From contig CM082578.2 in NCBI GenBank assembly GCA_040954595.2, positions 1,160,831 through 1,224,830 of the forward strand: a stretch of DNA of 64,000 nt, in the 5' to 3' direction. The notes beneath the pieces were generated by a model, which saw only the letters and a list, made by a program, of their open reading frames with translations, made no database searches and was not told the origin of the DNA. The position numbers and the translations under genes were made by a program. This stretch comes from Balanoglossus misakiensis. Taxonomy: Eukaryota > Animalia > Hemichordata. Shown here one piece after another: positions 24,701 to 37,603 of this stretch; position 1 is the stretch's first letter; each line of letters opens with the position of its first letter.

Positions 24701-27163
24701 GGCTTGGGCCCGTAATTAAAGCTGCAAGCAGCATTGTCGGGCCCAAGCGCTGATCCGGTATTATATATGCACAGTATGAATGAGAAGAAACAGAATGCTC
24801 TATCAGGTGTTTTATATCATGACATAACAAGGACGTATGTATTTTTCCTGCTGAAATAGTGTAAAGTAGGTCAAACGTCACCTGAGGTCACCCAACATTT
24901 GGGCAAAATTTATTGACCCATACTGTTCCATGTCCGACAAGAACTAAAACTCTAGTTCTATTGGTTCGTCTGTAATTAGGTATGTGCATATTTAATGAGG
25001 TCAGCAGGTGTCACAGGTGACCCAAAAATGTGGCTTTACATTTTGGTCCCATCCTGCCAAATGCCATGGCAGTATCTGCTCTGGATGCTGAGATATGCGA
25101 AAGTAGGTCAAAGGTCAACAAAGGTCACCCAACATTTGGGCAAAAAATTTTGATCCCATACAGGTCCATGTCCAACAAAAACCAAACCTCTAGCTCTATT
25201 GGTTCGCCTGTAATTAGCTATGCACATAATTAATGAGGTCAGCAGAGGTCAAAGGGGTCATGAAAAGTAGCAAAATATTTTGATCACACACTAATCCACA
25301 TTCATCAAAAACCAAACGTCTTGCCTTATAGATTAGCCTGGAATTAGATATGCAGAAATAATGACGCGTGATAAGTAGGTCAAAGGTCATGTGAAAAATC
25401 GCCAAAAAATTGTAACATATTTTAGTCACATGACGATTGATATCCATAAAAAGAATTTGTATGCTATGAATTTTTAGACTAGAAAAAGGAATTTCAATTT
25501 GTCACTGCTTTTTACAAAATCCAATATGGCCGCCATAATCTTCGACCAATCACAATGCTCTTTGCAAACTTGATAGACATCAGTGTAGTGACCATACTCC
25601 CCAAATCTTGCAACTCAGTCATCGCCCGTTCTGGAGAAGAAGATTTTTGGAGTTTAACTATGGTTTTTCAAAAATCCAATATGGCCGCCATAATCTCCGA
25701 CCAATCACAATGATCTTCGCAAACTTGATAGACATCAGTTAGGTGACCACATACCCCAAACCCCGTGTCTCGGTTATCGCCGGTTCTGGAGAAGAAGATT
25801 TTTGAAATTTAAGCCAGATTTCAGAAAAAAAATTGTAGCAAAAAAACTGCAACATTGACAGCAAAATTTCCAATTACAAAAATGATGGGTAGAAGGTAGT
25901 CTACCTGCATGCCAAATTTGAAGTCGATCTGACTTGTAGTTTCTGAGATCTGAGATTTGCATTTTTTCAGAAAATCCAATATGGCCGCCAGGTCACGTGA
26001 CTAATTAAGTATTCACAAGTCACTGCACATCTACTCATTGACCTTGACCACTGTAGCAAGTTTGAGAAGTGTACCTGCAGCGGTGTCTGAGATCTCGTTG
26101 CCCAAAGAATTGACACAAGAATAAAGAAAGACGGAAAGAAAGAATTAAAGCTGCAAGCAGCATTGTCGGGCCCAAGCGCTGATCTTGAATTATATATGCA
26201 CAGTATGAATGAGAAGAAACAGAATTTTCTATCGCATGTATTATCTCATGACATAACAAGGACTTATGTATTTTTGCTGCTGAAATAGAGTAAAGTAGGT
26301 CAAAGGTCACCTGAGGTCACCCAACATTTGGGCAAAAAAATTTGACCCTTGCTGGGCCATGTCCAACAAAAACCAAAACTCTAGCTCTATTGGTTCGCGT
26401 GTAATTAGGTATGTGCATATTTAATGAGGTCAGCAGGTGTCACAGGTGACCCAAAAATTTGGCTTTACATTTAGGTCCCATCCTGCCAAATGCCAAGGCT
26501 GTATCTGCTCTGGATGTTGAGATATGTGAAAGTAGGTCAAAAGTCACCAGAGGTCACCCAACATTTGGGCAAAAAATTTTGAACCCATACTGGTCCATGT
26601 TCAACAAAAACCAAAGCTCTAGCTCTATTGGTTCGCCTGTAATTAGCTATGCACATAATTAATGAGGTAAGCAGAGGTCAAAGGTGTCATGGAAAGTAGC
26701 AAAATATTTTGATCAAACACTAATCCACAAGCATCAAAAACCAAACGTCTAGCCCTATAGGTTAGCCTGGAATTAGATATGCAGAAATAATAACGCGTGA
26801 TAAGTAGGTCAAAGGTCATGTGAAAAATCGCCAAAAAATTGTAACATATCTTAGTCACCTGACGATTGATATCCATAAAAAGAATTTGTATGCTATCAAT
26901 TTTAGACTAGAAAAAGGAATTTCAATTTTTCGATGCTTTTTACAAATTCCAATATGGCCGCCATAATCTTCGACCAATCACAATGCTCTTTGCAAACTTG
27001 ATAGACATCAGTGTAGTGACCATACTCCCCGAATCTTGTGACTCGATTATCGCCCGTTCTGGAGAAGAAGATTTTTGGAGTTTAACTATAGTTTTTCGAA
27101 AATCCAATATGGCCGCCATAATCTTCGACCAATCACAATGATCTTCGCAAACTTGATAGACCT

Positions 27164-27623
27164 TAGTCTCGGTTACCCAGACGCCTTTGCTTCTTCCGAT
27201 GCTCTCCAGAAAAAGGGTCTGGGGAAATGCTATTGAAAGCTATGTAAAACAAAATGGCCGATGTCAGGATTTTGATCATCGCCTGATTGGCTGAGCTGTC
27301 AGTATGACCCGGGTCACTGACTCTCGACAATGTGTGATTATTTGTCGTATCTTCATATCAAGAGACCGGTACTTGTTGGTTGATGCGAAAGGCAAAAGGC
27401 GTCCTCTGTTAGCATTGTTAGAGAAATTATATGAAATATCTTTGGTAGACGATTGTCGAAACTATTGCAGTGACCCGGGTCATACTGACAGCTCAGCCAA
27501 TCAGGCGATGATCAAAATCCTGACATCGGCCATTTTGTTTTACAAAGCTTTCAATAGCATTTCCCCAGACCCTTTTTCTGGAGAGCATCGGAAGAAGCAA
27601 AGGCGTCTGGGTAACCGAGACTA
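27164..27623. mobile_element. 460-bp foldback MITE, TAG...CTA ends, 9-bp TSD (AcademH- or MuDR-like non-autonomous)
   Basis: 156-bp TIRs (27164-27319 / 27468-27623, one mismatch seen); TSD gatagacct at 27155-27163 and 27624-27632; sister HINE copies show the empty site. Confidence 0.9.
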
Positions 27624-30600
27624 GATAGACCTCAGTTAGGTGACCACATACCCCAAACCGCGTGACTCGGTTATCGCCGGTTCTGGAGAAGAAGATTTTT
27701 GACATCTTGACCAGATTTCAGAAAAACAACTGTAGCAAAAAAACTGCAACATTGACAGCAAAATATCCAATTACAAAAATGATGGGCAGAAGGTACACTA
27801 CCAGCACACCAAATCTGAAGTAAATCTGACTTGTAGTTTCTGAGATCTGAGATTTGCATTTTTTCAGAAAATCCAATATGGCCGCCAGGTCACGTGACTA
27901 ATTAAGTATTCACAAGTCACTGCACATCTACTCATTGACCTTGGCCACTGTAGCAAGTTTGAGCAGTGTACCTGCAGTAGTTTCAGAGATTTAGTTGGCC
28001 GAAGAATTGACACAAGAATAAAGAATGAAAAATTCCAACGAAACCAATAGGGCCCAAGCGCTTGCGCGCGCTTGGGCCCTAAAAATTCCAACGAAACCAA
28101 TAGGGCCCAAGCGCTTGCGTGCGCTTGGGCCCTAATTAAAGCTGCAAGCAGCATTGTCCGGGCCCAAGCTCTATTATCTGATCAGATTATTAGATATGCA
28201 CATAATTAATGAGTAGAAACATAATGCTGTGTTTTATCCCATGAAATATCAAGGTTATATCTATGTTTGGTGCTGATATAGTGTTAAGTAGGTCAAAGGT
28301 CATCTGAGGTCACCCAAAATTTGGGCAGAAAATTTTGACCCATAGTGGTCCATGTCCAACAAAAACCAGGCCTCTAGCCCTTTTGGTTCATCTGTAATTA
28401 GGTATGCACATATTTAATGAGGTCAGCAGAGGTCAAAGGGGTCATGAAAAGTAGCGAAATTTTTTGATCACATACAAATCCACATACATCAAAAACCAAA
28501 ATGATAGCCCTATAGGTTAGCCTGGAATTAGATATGCAGAAAAAACGATGTGTCAAAAGTAGGTCAAAGGTCATTGCCAAAATTACCAAAATATTTGGGG
28601 TAGGTCCTGGCAGGGGTGATACCAATGTGCACAAAAATCAGAACTCTGGTACATTTAGAACATGTAGTATGAGCTATATATGCATACATGCATGTTCTTA
28701 AAAAAGTAGGTCAAAGGTCATGTGAAAATTGCCAAAAAATTTGCAACATATTCTAGTCATATGACGACTCATATCCACAAAAAGAATTTGTATGCTATCT
28801 ATTTTTAGACTAGAAAAATGATTTCTTAATTTTCACTGGTTTTTACAAAATCCAATATGGCTGCCATAATCTTCGACCAATCACAACGCTCTTCGCAAAC
28901 TTGATAGACATCAGTTAGGTGATGTCATACCCTAAATCCCATGACTCGGTTATTGCCGGTTCTGGAGAAGAAGATTTTTGAAGATTTTACTGTACTTTTT
29001 GGAAAATCCAATATGGCGGCCAAAGTCATGTGACCGCTCAGGATTTTATTGTCAAACTTTGAAGGGCAGAGGACATGTGTACCATACACCAAATTTGAAC
29101 TTGATTGGCCCTGTGGTTTTTGAGAAGAAGCCATTTAAAGATTTTCAGAAAATCCAATATGGCCGCCAGGTCACGTGACTAATAAAATATTCACAAGCCA
29201 CTGCACATCTACTCATTGACCTTGACCACTGTAGCAAGTTTGAGAAGTGTACCTGTAGCCGTTTCAGAGATCTAGGAGAGCAAAGATTGACATAAGAATA
29301 AAGAAAGATTAAAGCTGCAAGCAGCATTGTCCGGGCCCAAGCTTTATTATCTGATCTGATATTAGATATGCACATAATTAATGAGAAGAAACATAATGCT
29401 GTGTTTATCCCATGAAATATCAAGGTTATATCTATGTTTGGTGCTGATATAGTGTTAAGTAGGTCAAAGGTCACCCAGAGGTCACCCACAATTTGGGCAG
29501 AAAATTTTGACCCATAGTGGTCCATGTCCATCAAAAACCAGACCTTTAGGCCTTTTGGTTAGCACGGAATTAGGTATGCACATAAATAATGAGTTGAGCA
29601 GGGGTCACAGGTGACCCAAAACTTTGGCTTTTCATTATGGCCCCATACCTCCAAATGCCAAGGCTGTATCTGCTGTGGATTTCGAGATATGCAAAAGTAG
29701 GTCAAAGGTCACAAGAGGTCACCCAACATTTGGGCAAAATATTTTTACCCCATACTGGTCCATGTATAACAAAAACAAAACTCTAGGTCTATTGGTTAAT
29801 CTGTAATTAGGTATGTGCATATTTAATGAGGTCAGCAGAGGTCAAAGGGGTCATGAAAAGTAGCAAAAAAAATTTATCACATACAAATCCACATACATCA
29901 AAAACCAAACTTATAGCCCTATTGGGTAGCCTGGAATTAGATATGCAGAAAAATGATGCGTCAAAAGTAGGTCAAAGGTCATTGCCAAAATTACCAAAAT
30001 ATTTATAGCTTATTCTTGTCATATGATGATTCATATCCATAAAAAGAATTTTTGTGCTATCAATTTTTAGGCTAGAAAAGGAATTTTTACTTTTTAATCG
30101 TTTTTCAAAAAATCCAATATGGCCGCCATAATCTTCGACCAATCACATTCCCCTTCGCAAACTTGATAGACATCTGTTTAATGACCACACACACCAAATC
30201 CTGTGACTCGGTTATCACCGGTTCTTGAGAAGAAGATTTTTGAAATTTTACAAGGGTTTTTCGAAAATCCAATATGGCCGCCAAAATCTTCGACCAATCA
30301 CAATGATCTTCGCGAACTTGATAGACATCAGTTAGGTGACCCCATACCCCAAACCGCGTGACTCGGTTATCACCGGTTCTGGAGAAGAAGATTTTTGAAA
30401 TTTAAACCAGATTTCAGAAAAAAAATTGTAGCAAAAAAACTGCAACATTGACAGCAAAATATCCAATTACAAAAATGATGGGTAGAAGGTAGACTACCTG
30501 CACACCAAATTTGAAGTCGATCTGACTTGTAGTTTCTGAGATCTGAGATTTGCATTTTTTCAGAAAATCCAATATGGCCGCCAGGTCACGTGACTAATTA

Positions 30601-33600
30601 AAAATTCACAGGTTCAATGCACATCTACTAATTGACCTTGACCACTGTAGCAAGTTTGAGAAGTGTACCTGCAGCGGTGTCTGAGATCTAGAGCGACAAA
30701 GAAATGACACAAGAATAAAGAAAGAAAGAAAGAAAGACTGAAAAATTCCAACGAAACCAATAGGGCCCAAGCCTGGCTTGGCTTGGGCCCTAAAAAACTC
30801 CAACGAAACCAATACGGGCCCAAGCCTGGCTTGGCTTGGGCCCGTAAAAAACCCCAACGAAACCAATAGGGCCCAAGCGCTGGTATGCGCTTGGGCCCTA
30901 AAGATTAAAGCTGCGAGCAGCATTGTCGGGCCCAAGCGCTGATCTTGAATTATATATGCACAGTATGAATGAGAAGAAACAGAATTTTCTATCGGTTGTA
31001 TTATCTCATGACATAACAAGGATGTGTGTATTTTTGCTGCTGAAATAGGGTGAAGTAGGTCAAAGGTCACCTGAGGTCACCCAACATTTGGGCAATTTTT
31101 TTTACCCATACTGGTCCATGTCCAACAAAAACCAAAACTCTAGCTCTATTGGTTCGGATGTAATTAGGTATGTGCATATTTAATGAGGTCAGCAGGTGTT
31201 ACAGGTGACCCAAAAATGTGGCTTTACATTTTGGTCCCATCCTACCAAATGCCATGGCTGTATCTGCTCTAGATGCTGAGATATGCGAAAGTAGGTCAAA
31301 GGTCACCAGAGGTCACCCAACATTTGGGCAAAAAATGGTGATCCCATACTGGTCCATGTCCAACAAAAACCAAAGCTCTAGCTCTATCGGTGTGCCTGAA
31401 ATTAGCTATGCACATAATTAATGAGGTCAGCAGAGGTCAAAGGGGTCATGAAAAGTAGCAAAATATTTTGATCACACACTAATTCACATTCATCAAAAAC
31501 CAAACGTCTAGCCATATAGGTTAGCCTGGAATTAGATATGCAGAAATAATAACGCGTGATAGGTAGGTCAAAGGTCATGTGAAAAATCGCCAAAAAATTG
31601 TAACATATTTTAGTCACATGACGATTGATATCCATTAAAAGAATTTGTATGCTATCAATTTTTAGACTAGAAAAAGGATTTTCAATTTTTCGCTGCTTTT
31701 TACAAAATCCAATATGGCCGCCATAATCTTTGACCAATCAAAATGCTCTTTGCAAACGTGATAGACATCAGTGTAGTGACCATACTCCCCGAATCTTGCG
31801 ACTCAGTCATCGCCCGTTCTGGAGAAGAAGATTTTTGGAGTTTAACTATGGTTTTTCGAAAATCCAATATGGCCGCCATAATCTTCGACCAATCACAATG
31901 ATCTTCGCAAACTTGATAGACATCAGTTAGGTGACCAAACACCCTAAACCGCGTGTCTCGGTTATCACCGGTTCTGGAGAAGAAGATTTTTGAAATTTAA
32001 GCCAGATTTCAGAAAAAAAATTGTAGCAAAAAACTGCAACATTGACAGCAAAATTTCCAATTACAAAAATGATGGGTAAAAGGTAGTCTACCTGCATGCC
32101 AAATTTGAAGTCGATCTGACTTGTAGTTTCTGAGATCTGAGATTTGCATTTTTTCAGAAAATCCAATATGGCCGCCAAGTCACGTGACTAATTAAGTATT
32201 CACAAATCACTGCACATCTACTCATTGACCTTGACCACTGTAGCAAGTTTGAGCAGTGTACCTGCAGTAGTTTCTGAGATTTAGTTGGCCGAAGAATTGA
32301 CAGGAGAATAAAGAAAGAAAGAAAGAAAGATTAAAGCTGCAAGCAGCATTGTCCGGGCCCAAGCTCTATTATCTGATCTGATTATTAGTTATGCACATTA
32401 TTAATGAGTAGAAACATAATGCTGTGTTTTATCCCATGAAATATCAAGGTTATATCTAGGTTTGGTGTTGACATAGTGTTAAGTAGGTCAAAGGTCACCC
32501 AGAGGTCACCCAAAATTTGGGCAGAATATTTTGACCCATAGTGGTCCATGTCCAACAAAAACCAGATCTCTAGCCCTTTTGGTTAGCCCGGAATATGGTA
32601 TGCACATAAATAATGAGTTAAGCAGGTGTCACAGGTGACCCAAAACTTTGGCTTTTCATTATGGCCCTATACCTCCAAACGCCAAGGCTGTATCTGCTGT
32701 GGATGTCAAGATATGCCAAAGTAGGTCAAAGGTCATCCGAGGTCATCCAACATTTGGGCAAAATATTTTGACCCCATACTGGTCCATGTATAACCAAAAC
32801 AAAATCTCTATGTCTATTGGTTCATCTGTAATTAGGTATGTGCATATTTAATGAGGTCAGCAGAGGTCAAAGGGGTCATGAAAAGTATCAAATTTTTTTG
32901 ATCACATACAAATCCACATACATCAAAAACCAAACTTATAGCCCTATTGATTAGCCTGGAATTAGATATGCAGAAAAATGATGCGTCAAAAGTAGGTCAA
33001 AGGTCACTGCCAAAATTACCAAAATATTTATAGCTTATTCTTGTTATATGATGATTCATATCCATGAAAAGAATTTCTGCGCTATCAATTTTTAGGCTAG
33101 AAAGGGAATCTTTACTTTTTAATCGTTTTTCACAAAATCCAATATGGCCGCCATAATCTCCGACCAATCACAATGATCTTCGCAAACTTGATAGACATCA
33201 GTTAGGTGACCACATACCCCAAACCCCGTGTCTCGATTATCACCGGTTCTGGAGAAGAAGATTTTTGAAATTTAAGCCAGATTTCAGAAAAAAAATTGTA
33301 GCAAAAAAACTGCAACATTGACAGCATAATTTCCAATTACAAAAATGATTGCCAGAAGGTAGTCTACCTGCACGCCAAATTTGAAGTCGATCTGACTTGT
33401 AGTTTCTGAGATCTGAGATTTGCATTTTTTCAGAAAATCCAAGATGGCCGCCAGGTCATGTGACTAATTAAAAATTCATGGGTTCAATGCACGACTACTC
33501 ATTGACCTTGACCACTGTAGCAAGTTTCAGAAGTGTACCTGCAGTGGTGTCTGAGATCTAGAGCGACAAAGAATTGACACAAGAATAAAGAAAGAAGAAA

Positions 33601-36600
33601 GAATTAAAGCTGCAAGCAGCATTGTCGGGCCCAAGCGCTGATCTTGAATTATATATGCACAGTGTGAATGAGAAGAAACAGAATTTTCTATCGGATGTAT
33701 TATCTCATGACATAACAAGGATGTGTGTATTTTTGCTGCTGAAATAGGGTGAAGTAGGTCAAAGGTCACCTGAGGTCACCCAACATTTGGGTATTTTTTT
33801 TTTACCCATACTGGTCCATGTCCAACAAAAACCAAAACTCTAGCTCTATTGGTTCGCGTGTAATTAGGTATGTGCATATTTAATGAGGTCAGCAGGTGTC
33901 ACAGGTGACCCAAAAATGTGGCTTTACATTTTGGTCCCATCCTACCAAATGCCTTGGCTGTATCTGCTCTGGATGCTGAGATATGCGAAAGTAGGTCAAA
34001 GGTCACCAGAGGTCACGCAACATTTGGGCAAAAAATTTTGATCCCATTCTGGTCCATGTCCAACAAAAACCAAACCTCTAGCTCTATTGGTTCGCCTGTA
34101 ATTAGCTATGCACATAATTAATGAGGTCAGCAGAGGTCAAAGGGGTCATGAAAAGTAGCAAAATATTTTGATCACACACTAATCCACATTCATCAAAAAC
34201 CAAACGTCTAGCCCTACAGGTTAGCCTGGAATTAGATATGCAGAAATAATAACGCGTGATAAGTAGGTCAAAGGTCATGTGAAAAATCGCCAAAAATTGT
34301 AACACATTTTAGTCACATGACGATTGATATCCATAAAAAGAATTTGTATGCTATCAATTTTTAGACTAGAAAAAGGAATTTCAATTTTTCACTGCTTTTT
34401 ACAAAATCCAATATGGCCGCCATAATCTTCGACCAATCACAATGCTCTTTGCAAACTTGATAGACATCAGTGTAGTGACCATACTCCTCGAATCTTGCGA
34501 CTCAGTCATCGCCCGTTCTGGAGAAGAAGATTTTTGCAGTTTAACTATGGTTTTTCGAAAATCCAATATGGCCGCCATAATCTTCGACCAATCACAATGA
34601 TCTTCGCAAACTTGATAGACATCAGTTAGGTGACCACATACTCCAAACCCCGTGTCTCAGTTATCACCGGTTCTGGAGAAGAAGATTTTTTAAATTTAAG
34701 CCAGATTTCAGAAAAAAAATTGTAGCAAAAAAACTGCAACATTGACAGCAAAATATCCAATTACAAAAATGATGGGTAGAAGGTAGTCTACCTGCATGTC
34801 AAATTTGAAGTCGATCTGACTTGTAGTTTCTGAGATCTGAGATTTGCATTTTTTCAGAAAATCCAATATGGCCGCCAGGTCACGTGACTAATTAAGTATT
34901 CACAAGTCACTGCACATCTACTCATAGACCTTGACCACTGTAGCAAGTTTGAGCAGTGTACCTGCAGTAGTTTCAGAGATTTAGTTGGCCGAAGAATTGA
35001 CACAAGAAGAAAGAAAGAAAGAAAGAAAGAAAGATTAAAGCTGCAAGCAGCATTGTCCGGGCCCAAGCTCTATTATCTGATCAGATTATTAGATATGCAC
35101 ATAATTAATGAGTAGAAACATAATGCTGTGTTTTATCCCATGAAATATCAAGGTTATATCTATGTTTGGGGTTGATATAGTGTTAAGTAGGTCAAAGGTC
35201 ACCCAGAGGTCACCCACAATTTGGGCAGAAAATTTTGACCCATAGTGGTCCATGTCCAACAAAAACCAGACCTCTAGCCCTTTTGGTTAGCCCGGAATTA
35301 GGTATGCACATAAATAATGAGTTAAGCAGGTGTCAAAGGTGACCCAAAACTTTAGCTTTTCATTATGGCCCCATACCTCCAAACGCCAAGGTTGTATCTG
35401 CTGTGGATGTCGAGATATGCAAAAGTAGGTCAAAGGTCACCCGAGGTCACCCAACATTTGGGCAAAATATTTTGACCCCATATTGGTCCATGTATAACAA
35501 AAACAAAACCTCTAGGTATATTGGTTCGCCTGTAATTAGGTATGCGCATATTTAATGAGGTCACCAGAGGTCAAAGGTGTCATGAAAAGTAGCCAAATTT
35601 TTTGATCACATACAAATCCACATACATCAAAAACCAAACTTATAGCCCTATTGGTAAGCCTGGAATTAGATATGCAGAAAAATGATGCGTCAAAAGTAGG
35701 TCAAAGGTCATTGCCAAAATTACCAAAATATTTATAGCTTATTCTTGTCATATGATGATTCATATCCATAAAAAGAATTTCTGTGCTATCAATTTTTAGG
35801 CTAGAAAAGGAATTTTTACTTTTTAATCATTTTTCACAAAATCCAATATGGCCGCCATAATCTTCGACCAATCACATTCCCCTTCGCAAACTTGATAGAC
35901 ATCTGTTTAATGACCACACACACCAAATCTTGTGACTCGGTTATCGCCCGTTCTTGAGAAGAAGATTTTTGAAGTTTTACTACGGTTTTTCGAAAATCCA
36001 ATATGGCCGCCATAATCTTCGACCAATCACAATGATCTTCGCAAACTTGATAGACATCAGTTAGGTGACCACATACCCCAAACTGCGTGACTCAGTTATC
36101 ATCGGTTCTTGAGAAGAAGATTTTTGAAATTTAAGCCAGATTTCAGAAAAAAAATTGTAGCAAAAAAACTGCAACATTTACAGCAAAATATCCGATTACA
36201 AAAATGATGGGTAGAAGGTAGACTACCTGCACACCAAATTTGAAGTCGATCTGACTTGTAGTTTCTGAGATCTGAGATTTGCATTTTTTCAGAAAATCCA
36301 ATATGGCCGCCAGGTCACGTGACTAATTAAAAATTCAAGGGTTCAATGCACGACTACTCATTGACCTTGACCACTGTAGCAAGTTTCAGAAGTGTACCTG
36401 CAGCGGTGTCTGAGATCTAGAGCGACAAAGAAATGACACAAGAAAAAAGAAAGAAAGACAGAAAAACCCCAACGAAACCAATAGGGCCCAAGCGCTGGTA
36501 TGCGCTTGGGCCCTAATTCGCGGGTTCCGAGTTACCGAAACAGGCCACCTTGGCCGCGTGAGGGCGTATCAATGACGTCATTATAAGTACAAAGTGCATG

Positions 36601-36710
36601 GTCCGATGGGACCAAAATTCAAAATGGCGGCAGTGCATGTGTGATCGATCGTGATCACTTCTGCTTGCAACTCCGTACTGGCATTATTTTGACAAAAAGA
36701 CTTCCTGAAA

Positions 36711-36884
36711 ATGGTTAATTGGTTTTGTGCGGCTCCGGAGTGTACTATCAGCTTGCGCAATAAAAGAAACGCCGCAAAATACCCAGGATTGGCAGACGTG
36801 ACATTTCATGCATTCCCAACTGAGAAACATCGCTGACTTCGCCAGCAGTGGATTTCCGTGTTACGTCGAAAGGATGCCCACTAG
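36711..36884 (+). pseudogene. THAP zinc-finger N-terminus of the transposase, truncated
   Basis: MVNWFCAAPECTISLRNKRNAAKYPGLADVTFHAFPTEKHR*LRQQWISVLRR: C-x4-C, FHxFP and W motifs; internal stop; no DDE domain follows. Confidence 0.75.
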
Positions 36885-37276
36885 TCACTTGGTGATTTTT
36901 GGAATATCAATACTTTGTGTGTGTTTGCGGTGATTTTTTGTTTGTCTTTATTCATAATCTCAATATTGTGTGCGTGCTTGCCTTGAGCGTGTTTCTGGTA
37001 GTGAGGCGAGTTTCGAATTTGAGACTGATCTCATGGTTTCTGGTAGCGTCGCTACGTGTTCCCTACACATACGCGCTCACACTCGCTGACGTTTACTCCA
37101 CACACAAAAAAGCAAAGCATTTATAATAGTTACATTTTTAGACATGTCATGAATTTTATTCAGCCAATAAAAATGTAACTGTGGCTGTACATGTGGTGTC
37201 TTTTTGATTCATATCTTAATGCTTTCACAAGAGTTTCACACATCACTCTACTAGTTTTAGAAGTACCATGAGTGAT

Positions 37277-37532
37277 GACTCTCACTTTTTGTTTCACTTT
37301 TGACATTAAAGAGGGTGTGACTGCAGAGAAGTGTGAAATACAAAATATGTTGTAAGGGAATATTGTATGTTAGTTGGTCAGTTGGTTAGTGAACTGGGGA
37401 ACTTGGTTTCGGTTAGTAGGTTAGTTGGTTAATGCAAACATTCCTTGATTCCCTTACAACATATTTTGTATTTGATCTCTCTACAGTCACAACCTCTTTG
37501 ACGTCATAAGTGAAACAAAAAGTGAGAGTCAC
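37277..37532. repeat. Foldback MITE inside the ISL2EU-like element
   Basis: gactctcactttttgtttcactt...aaatatgttgtaagggaat versus attcccttacaacatattt...aagtgaaacaaaaagtgagagtc, with a ttggttag-rich centre. Confidence 0.65.
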
Positions 37533-37603
37533 TTGTCTTGTAAAATAAAAGTAAACAATACTAAGCTATACCCTGGTTATCCTTTTCACTATCAACAACA
37601 GTT

